Shown here one piece after another: positions 10,875 to 18,312 of a DNA stretch of 32,000 bases. Every line of letters starts with the position of its first letter. Position 1 is the first letter of the stretch. Under the pieces are notes generated by a model that was not told where the DNA came from, did no database searches, and saw only the letters and a list, made by a program, of their open reading frames with translations. The DNA is from Cupriavidus necator. Its GTDB lineage: Bacteria; Pseudomonadota; Gammaproteobacteria; Burkholderiales; Burkholderiaceae. A program made the position numbers and the translations under genes. The stretch covers positions 3,000,001-3,032,000 of the forward strand of contig NZ_CP066018.1 of NCBI RefSeq assembly GCF_016127575.1, read 5' to 3'.

Positions 10875-11291
10875 GCTGTTGCCTTCGACATCGGCGAGCA
10901 TGCTGGCGATGGTGGCGCCGGCAAGGGTATCGTCCATGGCCGCCTGCGCACGGTCCGCGACCTTGCGCAGCGCACCGGTGATCTCGCGCCCGACCGGGCA
11001 GGCCGGGTTGGGCGCGCTCTGGTGCAGCGTGATCAGCGCGGTGGTTTCCACCACGCGGAACACGTCGAGCAGCGTGATTGACGCAGCCGGGCGCGCCAGC
11101 GTGGCGCCGCCGGTGCTGCCCATGGTGGTCGCCACCAGCCCGGCTTCAGCCAGTTGACCGACCAGCCGCCGGATCAGCGCCGGGTTGGTGCCCACGCTGG
11201 CGGCGATCAGCGACGAGGGCACCGGCTCGGCCGAACTGGCGAGCAGGGTAAGGATGTGGACTGCCACGGCGAACCGGCTGCTTGTGCTCAA
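10857..11291 (-). CDS. Rrf2-family (BadM/YwnA-like) winged-helix transcriptional regulator
   Basis: N-terminus STSSRFAVAVHILTLLA... matches the Rrf2 pattern. 144 aa from TTG 11291, a typical family size. ATG 11342 and TTG 11318 are alternative starts but lie inside or upstream of the predicted promoter/operator. Confidence 0.8.
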   Translation of the reverse strand: MSTSSRFAVAVHILTLLASSAEPVPSSLIAASVGTNPALIRRLVGQLAEAGLVATTMGSTGGATLARPAASITLLDVFRVVETTALITLHQSAPNPACPVGREITGALRKVADRAQAAMDDTLAGATIASMLADVEGNSQRRKR

Positions 11292-11317
11292 CGCTTGTGC
11301 TCGGGATGTCAGGTGCA

Positions 11318-11342
11318 ATGTGAAACCATGATAGTTACACAT
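11318..11342. promoter_or_regulatory. Operator-like imperfect palindrome, site B (ATGTGAAAC-CATGATA-GTTACACAT)
   Basis: 9-bp arms matching 8/9. Same TGAAACCAT-N4-GTTACA core and spacing as site A. Overlaps the predicted -10 of the Rrf2 promoter. Confidence 0.5.
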
Positions 11343-11357
11343 GGTCGGGCATGTCAA
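11328..11357 (-). promoter_or_regulatory. Candidate sigma-70 promoter of the Rrf2 gene (TTGACA-N18-TATCAT)
   Basis: On the - strand: perfect -35 TTGACA (11357-11352), 18-nt spacer, -10 TATCAT (11333-11328). Confidence 0.5.
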
Positions 11358-11628
11358 GCACGGACAGGAGCGCAAGGAGGGCGGAGTACCGGGAGGGAAG
11401 GAGGTAATACGCCGATGTGGCAGCCAATGGCCGGTGGAATGCCGGAATCGCCACTGAAGCTGTTACACTCCTCGACATTGCCGTACCGTTGTGGTTCGGC
11501 TGTCGCGCGGGGTACGGTGCGCGGTTTCACGGACGGGAAAAAACCCGTACGCTCGCAGGTATGACATCGCGGCATGGCCGCCAAGCAAGGAGTGCAAGTT
11601 GCCGGATCTGATGCGCGAAACAGGCGTC

Positions 11629-11671
11629 AAAAACAAAAAACCCGCAGGGCTCGAAAGCGCTGCGGGTTTTT
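11629..11671. terminator. Bidirectional intrinsic terminator downstream of tRNA-Leu
   Basis: Stem CCCGCAG (11641-11647) / CTGCGGG (11660-11666). Flanked by an A-run at 11629-11640 (a T-run on the - strand) and TTTTT at 11667-11671 on the + strand. Confidence 0.75.
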
Positions 11672-11680
11672 CCGGTAACT

Positions 11681-11767
11681 TGGTGCCCAGGAGAGGACTC
11701 GAACCTCCACAGTGTTGCCACCGCTAGGACCTGAACCTAGTGCGTCTACCAATTCCGCCACCTGGGC
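11681..11767 (-). tRNA. tRNA-Leu, anticodon CAG, 87 nt, encoded CCA
   Basis: Reverse complement reads GCCCAGG-TG-GCGG..CGC-A-CTAGG-TTCAGGT-CCTAG-(long variable arm)-GGAGG-TTCGAGT-CCTCT-CCTGGGC-A-CCA. Cloverleaf with 7-bp acceptor stem, anticodon-loop CAG, class II variable arm. Confidence 0.95.
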
Positions 11768-11792
11768 AGGTGTCGAAACAACCGAAGCGCTC

Positions 11793-11820
11793 ATTATAGA
11801 GAGCGCGAGAATTTTGTCAA
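11793..11820 (-). promoter_or_regulatory. Consensus sigma-70 promoter for tRNA-Leu (TTGACA-N16-TATAAT)
   Basis: On the - strand: TTGACA (11820-11815), 16-nt spacer, TATAAT (11798-11793). The -10 ends 25 nt before the mature tRNA 5' end. Confidence 0.7.
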
Positions 11821-14441
11821 ATAGTTTCCAGAAAAAATTGAATCAGAACAACTATCCGATCCCCAGCCGGGAAGAAATCCTGGGCGTGCTGAGAACGTCG
11901 GGATCCCCCCAGTCGGCCGGCGATATTGCCAAGGCCCTCTCCGTCACGCGCAAAGAGCATGACGGTTTCCAGAAGCGCCTGGCGGCCATGGAGCGCGACG
12001 GCCAGATCGAGCTGAACCGCAAGGGCCGCTATGAGCTTGCCCATCAGCCGAACTTCGTCACCGGCCGGGTGCAAGGTCACCGCGACGGCTTCGGCTTCCT
12101 GATCCGCGACGACGGCGAAGACGACATCTTCCTGCCCGAGCGCGAGCTGCAGAAGGCCATGCACAACGACCGCGCGCAGGTGCGCGTGGTGGGCTACGAC
12201 CGGCGCGGGCGCCCTGAAGGGCAGATCGTCGAGATCATCGAGCGCGCCAACCGTTTTGTCATCGGCCGTCTGCTCAGTGAAGGCGGCGTGCTGGTGGTGG
12301 CGCCTGAAGACAAGCGCATCAGCCAGGACATCCTGATCCCGCCCAAGGCGCAGGGCAAGGCACGGGTGGGGCAGGTGGTCAGCGTCGAGCTGATCGAATT
12401 CCCCGACCGCTACGTGCAGCCGGTGGGCCGCGTGGTGGAGGTGCTGGGCGAAATCGACGATCCCGGCATGGAGATCGAGATCGCCGTGCGCAAGTACGGC
12501 GTGCCACATGCGTTCTCGCCGGCCGCTGCCCAGGAAGCCTCCGCGCTGCCCGACGAGGTGCGCCAGGCCGACCTGGACCACCGCATCGACCTGCGCGACA
12601 TCCCGCTGGTGACCATCGACGGCGAAGACGCACGCGACTTCGACGATGCGGTCTATTGCGAGCCGGTCAAGATCGGCCGCGCCAAGGGCTGGCGCCTGAT
12701 CGTGGCGATCGCCGACGTGTCGCACTATGTGCGCCCCGGCACCCCGCTGGATGCGGATGCGCTGGACCGGGCCACTTCGGTCTACTTCCCGCGCCGCGTG
12801 ATCCCGATGCTGCCGGAGAAGCTGTCCAACGGGCTGTGCTCGCTCAATCCGCACGTGGACCGGCTGTGCATGGTGTGCGATGCCGTGATCACCGCCAAGG
12901 GCGAGCTCAAGGGCTACCAGTTCTACCCGGCCGTGATGCATTCGACCGCGCGCCTGACCTACAACGAGGTCTGGTCGGTGCTGTCCAACACCAAGGGCCC
13001 CGAGGCGCACAAGCGCGGCGAGCTGGTGCCGCACCTGCAGAACCTGTATGAGTTGTTCCAGGTCCTGCTCAAGGCACGGCGCGCGCGCGGCGCGATCGAC
13101 TTCGACACCACCGAGACCTATATCGTCTGCAACGCGCAGGGCAAGATCGAGCAGATCCTGCCGCGCACGCGCAACGATGCGCACCGGCTGATCGAGGAGT
13201 GCATGCTGACCGCCAACGTCTGCGCGGCCGACTTCCTCGAACGCTTCAAGCACCCGGCGCTGTACCGCATCCACGCGGGCCCCAGCGAAGAGAAGCTGAA
13301 GAACCTGCGCGACTTCCTGCGCACCGCCGGCCTGTCGCTGGGCGGCGGCGACAAGCCGCAGGCATCGGACTACGCCGAGGTGATGGACAAGATCAAGTCC
13401 CGTCCCGACGCGCCGATGCTGCAGACCATGCTGCTGCGCTCGATGCAGCAGGCGGTGTACAGCCCGGACAATATCGGCCACTTCGGCCTGTCGTACGAGG
13501 CCTACGCGCACTTCACCAGCCCGATCCGCCGCTACCCCGACCTGCTGGTGCACCGCGCGATCAAGGCGGTGCTGGCACATACCAAGTACCAGCCGGCGTT
13601 TGCGCACGGGACCGAGCTGAATACCGCGATCTCGCCCAAGGCGCGCCGGCTGCAGGCCAAGGACGCCGAGCAGAAGGCAGAACTGACCGCGGCGCGCGCC
13701 AGGCGCAACGAGGCCATCTGGGACGAGCTTGGCCTGCACTGCTCGGCCAATGAGCGCCGCGCGGACGAGGCTTCGCGCGATGTCGAGGCCTGGCTCAAGT
13801 GCTACTTCATGCGCGACAAGCTGGGCAGCGACTACGCCGGCACCGTCAGCGCCGTGACCTCGTTCGGCATCTTCGTGCAGCTCGACGAGCTGTACGTGGA
13901 AGGCCTGGTCCACGTGACCGAGCTGGGCAGCGACTACTTCCAGTACGACGAGGCCCGCAACGAACTGCGCGGCGAGCGCACCGGCATCCGCTACCGCCTG
14001 ACCGACCGCGTGCGCGTGCAGGTATCGCGCGTGGACCTGGATGCGCGCAAGATCGACTTCCGCCTGGTGCAGGAGCCGTCGGCGAAAACCCTGCGCGCCC
14101 GCGCGGGGGGCACCGAGACCCAGCCGCGCGTGCCCGCCGCCCATGCGGTGCCAGCACGCAAGAAGGGCCGCCAGCTGGCGGCGCTGCTGGGCGGCTCGTC
14201 CAAGCCGGAAGAGTCGTTCGACGAGACGCTGGACCGCGTGATCGAGGAGCAGCCGGTGTTCGAGGCCGTGATCACGCCGCTCAGGCCGCACGTGAAGACC
14301 GGCGGCAAGCCGGCCAAGCGCGCGGCCAAGCCCAAGCCCGCGCACCTGGAGAAGCCGCACAAGCCGGCCTCCAAGTCGCACCAGGCCAAGCCCGCGGGCA
14401 AGACGCCGGCCAAGAGCCCGCGCACCCCGCGCAAGCGCTGA
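11814..14441 (+). CDS. rnr: Ribonuclease R (3'-5' exoribonuclease)
   Basis: Aligns with E. coli RNase R from YPIPSREEIL. RNB catalytic motif TIDGEDARDFDDAVYCE, also SVYFPRRVIPMLPE and HFTSPIRRYPDL. S1 domain and lysine/proline-rich basic tail. The track ORF begins inside the tRNA; TTG 11814 is my best start, TTG 11838 the alternative. Confidence 0.9.
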   Translation: MSNSFQKKLNQNNYPIPSREEILGVLRTSGSPQSAGDIAKALSVTRKEHDGFQKRLAAMERDGQIELNRKGRYELAHQPNFVTGRVQGHRDGFGFLIRDDGEDDIFLPERELQKAMHNDRAQVRVVGYDRRGRPEGQIVEIIERANRFVIGRLLSEGGVLVVAPEDKRISQDILIPPKAQGKARVGQVVSVELIEFPDRYVQPVGRVVEVLGEIDDPGMEIEIAVRKYGVPHAFSPAAAQEASALPDEVRQADLDHRIDLRDIPLVTIDGEDARDFDDAVYCEPVKIGRAKGWRLIVAIADVSHYVRPGTPLDADALDRATSVYFPRRVIPMLPEKLSNGLCSLNPHVDRLCMVCDAVITAKGELKGYQFYPAVMHSTARLTYNEVWSVLSNTKGPEAHKRGELVPHLQNLYELFQVLLKARRARGAIDFDTTETYIVCNAQGKIEQILPRTRNDAHRLIEECMLTANVCAADFLERFKHPALYRIHAGPSEEKLKNLRDFLRTAGLSLGGGDKPQASDYAEVMDKIKSRPDAPMLQTMLLRSMQQAVYSPDNIGHFGLSYEAYAHFTSPIRRYPDLLVHRAIKAVLAHTKYQPAFAHGTELNTAISPKARRLQAKDAEQKAELTAARARRNEAIWDELGLHCSANERRADEASRDVEAWLKCYFMRDKLGSDYAGTVSAVTSFGIFVQLDELYVEGLVHVTELGSDYFQYDEARNELRGERTGIRYRLTDRVRVQVSRVDLDARKIDFRLVQEPSAKTLRARAGGTETQPRVPAAHAVPARKKGRQLAALLGGSSKPEESFDETLDRVIEEQPVFEAVITPLRPHVKTGGKPAKRAAKPKPAHLEKPHKPASKSHQAKPAGKTPAKSPRTPRKR

Positions 14442-14468
14442 AGCTTGCGGGGGCTGCCATGCCGCCGC

Positions 14469-14501
14469 CTCTCGCCCCCGGCCTGCTGCCGGGGGCGAGA
14501 G
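14469..14501 (+). other. Perfect 13-bp stem-loop between rnr and rlmB
   Basis: CTCTCGCCCCCGG (14469-14481), loop CCTGCTG, CCGGGGGCGAGAG (14489-14501). No T-tract. Ends 18 nt before the rlmB ATG. Confidence 0.8.
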
Positions 14502-14519
14502 GGCGAGTACAATCGCGCC

Positions 14520-15263
14520 ATGGCTAAAAACAAACTCCTGATCGGCTTTCACGCCGTCACCGCACGCCTGCGCCAAGATGCCAAGGGCGTGACCGATGTC
14601 TATATCGAATCCGCGCGCCGCGACCGGCGCATGCAGGACTTCGTGCGCCTGGCCGAAAGCCTGGGCGTGCGCCTGCATCCGGTCGATGCCGAGCGCCTGC
14701 GCGGCATGGCCGGCACCGACCGCCACCAGGGCGTGGTGGCACGTGCCGAAGACGTGGCACTGGCGCTGAACCTGGATGAACTGCTCGACGGCATCGAAGG
14801 CACGCCGCTGCTGCTGGTGCTGGACGGCGTCACCGACCCCCACAACCTGGGTGCCTGCCTGCGCGTGGCCGACGGCGCCGGCGCGCATGCCGTGATCGCC
14901 CCCAAGGACCGCAGCGTCGGCCTCAATGCCACCGTGGCCAAGGTCGCCAGCGGCGCCGCCGAGACCGTGCCCTATATCACCGTCACCAACCTGGCCCGCA
15001 CCCTGCGTGAGCTGCAGGAACGCGGCATCTGGGTCATCGGCACCGCCGACGGCACCGAAAAATCGCTGTATGACATCGACTTCAAGGGGCCGACCGCGAT
15101 CGTGATGGGCGCCGAGGGCGAGGGCATGCGCCGCCTGACGCGCGAGACCTGCGACGAGCTGGTCGGCATCCCGATGGCGGGCGGTGTGGAAAGCCTGAAC
15201 GTCTCGGTCGCCAGCGGCGTATGCCTGTACGAAGCCGTGCGCCAGCGGCGCCTGCCGCGATAA
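14520..15263 (+). CDS. rlmB: 23S rRNA (guanosine-2'-O)-methyltransferase RlmB (SpoU/TrmH family)
   Basis: SpoU motifs [43 protein letters not shown]. Conserved rnr-rlmB synteny. Start at ATG 14520 (MAKNKLL). Confidence 0.9.
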   Translation: MAKNKLLIGFHAVTARLRQDAKGVTDVYIESARRDRRMQDFVRLAESLGVRLHPVDAERLRGMAGTDRHQGVVARAEDVALALNLDELLDGIEGTPLLLVLDGVTDPHNLGACLRVADGAGAHAVIAPKDRSVGLNATVAKVASGAAETVPYITVTNLARTLRELQERGIWVIGTADGTEKSLYDIDFKGPTAIVMGAEGEGMRRLTRETCDELVGIPMAGGVESLNVSVASGVCLYEAVRQRRLPR

Positions 15264-15267
15264 GTCC

Positions 15268-16038
15268 ATGGCCGCTGATTACGGTCTCCTTGACATGCCG
15301 GGGCTTGAGGAAGCACGCCGGCTGATCGCGGCCGCCGGCAATATCTTCGTGCTGACCGGCGCCGGCATTTCCGCCGAATCCGGCGTGCCGACCTTCCGCG
15401 ACGCGATGACCGGGCTGTGGCAGCAGTTCGACCCGGAAGAGCTGGCCAGCGAGGACGCCTACCGCCGCCAGCCGGCGCTGGTCTGGGAGTGGTACCTGCA
15501 TCGGCGCGAGCTGGTCGCAGCCGTGCATCCCAACCCGGCGCACCATGCGCTGGTCGCGCTGGCTGCGCAGAGACCTTTCACGCTGGTCACGCAGAACGTG
15601 GACGGCCTGCACCAGCGCGCCGGCAGCGCGGGCGTGATCGAACTGCATGGCAACCTGTTCGCCAACAAATGGCTGGACGGGTGCGGACGCTGCAACGAGG
15701 CGACCGCGCTGCCCGGCATGCCGCCGCGCTGCAACCTGTGCGGCGCGCTGATGCGTCCGGGCGTGGTGTGGTTCGGCGAGGACCTGCCGCGCGTGGCGCG
15801 CTACCGCGCCGAGCATGCGGCGCAGCACTGCGACCTGTGCCTGGTGGTCGGCACCTCGGGGCTGGTCTATCCGGCGGCGGGGCTGCCGGGCCTGGCGCGC
15901 GAGCATGGCGCGCCGGTGATCGTGGTCAATCCGCAGCCGTCGGCGCTGGACCAGACCGCGGATATCGTGCTGTCCGCCGCGGCGGGGGCATGTCTGCCAT
16001 TGCTGTGGCCGCCGCAGCCGGCGCCCTCGGCCGGCTGA
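15268..16038 (+). CDS. cobB: NAD-dependent protein deacylase, class III sirtuin (CobB/Sir2 family)
   Basis: GAGISAESGVPTFRD, QNVDGLH, catalytic ELHG, zinc ribbon CGRC...CNLC. The WEWYLHRR segment carries the Y-x-x-R pair seen in CobB/Sirt5-type desuccinylases. The ATG is 4 nt after the rlmB stop. Confidence 0.9.
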   Translation: MAADYGLLDMPGLEEARRLIAAAGNIFVLTGAGISAESGVPTFRDAMTGLWQQFDPEELASEDAYRRQPALVWEWYLHRRELVAAVHPNPAHHALVALAAQRPFTLVTQNVDGLHQRAGSAGVIELHGNLFANKWLDGCGRCNEATALPGMPPRCNLCGALMRPGVVWFGEDLPRVARYRAEHAAQHCDLCLVVGTSGLVYPAAGLPGLAREHGAPVIVVNPQPSALDQTADIVLSAAAGACLPLLWPPQPAPSAG

Positions 16039-16045
16039 GCCTGGA

Positions 16046-16065
16046 TCCGGGCGTTGCCGCCCGGA
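16046..16065. terminator. 8-bp perfect hairpin between convergent cobB and tal
   Basis: TCCGGGCG, loop TTGC, CGCCCGGA. No U-tract on either side. Confidence 0.4.
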
Positions 16066-16071
16066 CCATCC

Positions 16072-17028
16072 TTACTTCGCAATCTCGCCGATCAGCTTCT
16101 CCAGCTTGACCGCATCCGCCGCAAACAGGCGGATGCCTTCGGCCAGCTTCTCGGTCGCCATCGCATCCTCATTCAACTGCCAGCGGAAGGCCGGCTCGTC
16201 GGCCGCGATGCGGGCGATATTGGCGGCCTGGGCCTGGTCCACCGACAGCTTGTGCGCCACCGGGCCCTGGCCGGCCGCGAGCTGCTCGAGCAGCTCGGGG
16301 CTGATGGTGAGCAGGTCGCAGCCGGCCAGCGACAGGATCTGCGTGGTGCTGCGGAAGCTGGCGCCCATCACCTCGGTCGGGTAGCCGAACTTCTTGTAGT
16401 AGTCGTAGATCTGGCGCACCGAGCGCACGCCGGGGTCGTTGTCGCCGCCATTGGCGGCCGCGTCCCATTGCTCGCCGGCCTGCTTCTTGTACCAGTCGAA
16501 GATGCGGCCGACGAAGGGCGAGATCAGCTGCGCGCCGGCCTCGGCGCACGCCACCGCCTGCACCAGCGAGAACAGCAGCGTCATGTTGCAGCGGATGCCG
16601 TCGCGCTGCAGGATCTCGGCTGCGCGGATGCCTTCCCAGGTGGAGGCAATCTTGATCAGCACGCGTTCGCGCGCAATGCCGCGCTGCTCATACAGCTGGA
16701 TCAGGTGGCGCGCCTTGGCCACGCTGGCCTCGGTGTCGAAGGACAGGCGCGCATCGACTTCGGTCGAGACGCGGCCTGGCACGATCGCCAGGATCTCGCA
16801 GCCGAAGGCGATCAGCACTTCGTCCATCACCGCATCGACGCCGCCGTTGCCGTGGTGGTCCTGTACCGCCTTCTCCAGCAGGTGCCGGTATTCGGGCTTT
16901 TGCACGGCCTTCAGGATCAGCGACGGATTGGTGGTCGCGTCCTGCGGGGTGTACTGCTTCATCAGCTGGAAGTCGCCGGTATCGGCCACTACCGTGGTGA
17001 ACTGCCTGAGTTGTTCGAGCTGGTTCAT
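16072..17028 (-). CDS. tal: Transaldolase (TalB type)
   Basis: [20 protein letters not shown] parallels the E. coli TalB N-terminus. Active-site region [14 protein letters not shown] 17028 is preferred over upstream ATG 17076 on alignment grounds. Confidence 0.93.
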   Translation of the reverse strand: MNQLEQLRQFTTVVADTGDFQLMKQYTPQDATTNPSLILKAVQKPEYRHLLEKAVQDHHGNGGVDAVMDEVLIAFGCEILAIVPGRVSTEVDARLSFDTEASVAKARHLIQLYEQRGIARERVLIKIASTWEGIRAAEILQRDGIRCNMTLLFSLVQAVACAEAGAQLISPFVGRIFDWYKKQAGEQWDAAANGGDNDPGVRSVRQIYDYYKKFGYPTEVMGASFRSTTQILSLAGCDLLTISPELLEQLAAGQGPVAHKLSVDQAQAANIARIAADEPAFRWQLNEDAMATEKLAEGIRLFAADAVKLEKLIGEIAK

Positions 17029-17186
17029 GGTCGCTTGGTCGTCTGCTTGTGCGTCTGCAAAATCGTTCGCGGGCATCAGGGGTGCGCGTACGGCACCCGG
17101 TCCGGTCCATTGTACCGTCGCCCGCGTGACCTGCCGCCGCAATCCGCTACACTACGCGTTTCCCCCAACGCAATCTGGCTGTTGTC

Positions 17187-17873
17187 ATGACTCAGGATGA
17201 ACTCAAGGCGCTGGTCGCGCAAGCTGCCGCCGACTACGTGAAGCAGGAAGTGCCCGAAGGGGCAGTGCTCGGGGTGGGCACTGGCTCCACTGCCAATCTC
17301 TTCATTGACGCCGTGGCGGCATTCAAGGAGCGCTTCGCCGGTGCGGTGTCGAGCTCCGAGGCCTCCACGCGCCGCCTGCAGCAGCACGGCTTCAAGGTGC
17401 TGGACCTGAACGAAGTCGACGAGATCCCGGTGTATGTCGACGGCGCCGACGAGATCGACGCCAGCGGCGCCATGATCAAGGGCGGCGGCGGGGCGCTCAC
17501 GCGCGAGAAGATCGTGGCTTCGGTCGCGAAGCGCTTTGTCTGCATCGCCGACGGCAGCAAGCTGGTCCAGACCATGGGCACCTTCCCGCTGCCGGTCGAG
17601 GTGATTCCGATGGCACGTGCAGCGGTGGCGCGCAAGCTGCAGGCCCTGGGTGGCCAGCCGCGTCTGCGCATGACCAAGGAAGGCGGCATCTACAAGACCG
17701 ACAACGGCAATGTGATCCTGGACGTGGCCGGCCTGAAGATCGACGATCCGCGCGGCCTGGAACAGGCCGTCAACCAGGTGCCGGGCGTGGTCACGGTGGG
17801 CCTGTTCGCGTTGCGCGGCGCGGATGTGTTGCTGCTGGGCACCGGCGACGGCGTGCAGCGCACTGACTACTGA
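17187..17873 (+). CDS. rpiA: Ribose-5-phosphate isomerase A
   Basis: [16 protein letters not shown] and [11 protein letters not shown] motifs. 228 aa. Confidence 0.95.
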   Translation: MTQDELKALVAQAAADYVKQEVPEGAVLGVGTGSTANLFIDAVAAFKERFAGAVSSSEASTRRLQQHGFKVLDLNEVDEIPVYVDGADEIDASGAMIKGGGGALTREKIVASVAKRFVCIADGSKLVQTMGTFPLPVEVIPMARAAVARKLQALGGQPRLRMTKEGGIYKTDNGNVILDVAGLKIDDPRGLEQAVNQVPGVVTVGLFALRGADVLLLGTGDGVQRTDY

Positions 17874-17895
17874 GCAAAGTCGTCCGCTGCCAAGC

Positions 17896-17923
17896 AAAAA
17901 GGGGTGCCTGAGGCACCCCTTTT
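17896..17923. terminator. Bidirectional intrinsic terminator between convergent rpiA and yggX
   Basis: AAAAA-GGGGTGCC-(TGA)-GGCACCCC-TTTT. Confidence 0.8.
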
Positions 17924-17941
17924 GTCATTGGCCGGTCCGGT

Positions 17942-18214
17942 TCAGGACTGCGGCGGCACGTAGCCCTGCGCCTGGTCGGCGCCCTCGCCGAAGAAGTACT
18001 TCTCGGTCTGCTTGAGCAGGTACTGGCGCGCGCGCGCATCGGCCATGTTCAGGCGGTTTTCGTTGATCAGCATGGTCTGGTGCTTGAGCCAGCCAGCCCA
18101 GGCTTCCTTCGACACGCTTTGCCAGATCTTCTTGCCCAGTTCGCCGGGCAGCGGCGGGAAGTCGAGGCCTTCGGCTTCCTTGTTCAGCTTGATGCATTGG
18201 ACCATGCGGGCCAT
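17942..18214 (-). CDS. yggX: Fe(2+)-trafficking / oxidative-damage protection protein YggX family
   Basis: [48 protein letters not shown] is the YggX signature. AAGGAG lies 5 nt before the ATG. Confidence 0.9.
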   Translation of the reverse strand: MARMVQCIKLNKEAEGLDFPPLPGELGKKIWQSVSKEAWAGWLKHQTMLINENRLNMADARARQYLLKQTEKYFFGEGADQAQGYVPPQS

Positions 18215-18312
18215 GGGGACTCCTTGGTATGTTCGTTAGAGCTTCGGCGCTGGCGCTATTGTAGCCAAGCGGGGCACCGGGCCGCGGCGCTGCGGCGATT
18301 GCCCCTACGGCT

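Noticed and set aside
11491-11727. 78-aa + strand ORF preceded by AAGGAG at 11588-11593.
   Set aside because: It runs straight through the terminator hairpin and into the tRNA gene. SD-to-ATG spacing is 18 nt, and it shows no coding-type GC3 bias.
10132-11767. Possibility that the Rrf2/oxidoreductase pair is a small genomic islet integrated at the 3' end of tRNA-Leu.
   Set aside because: No integrase or recombinase is present. I could find no direct repeat of the tRNA 3' end to the left of the pair. Codon usage of both genes looks like the rest of the window.
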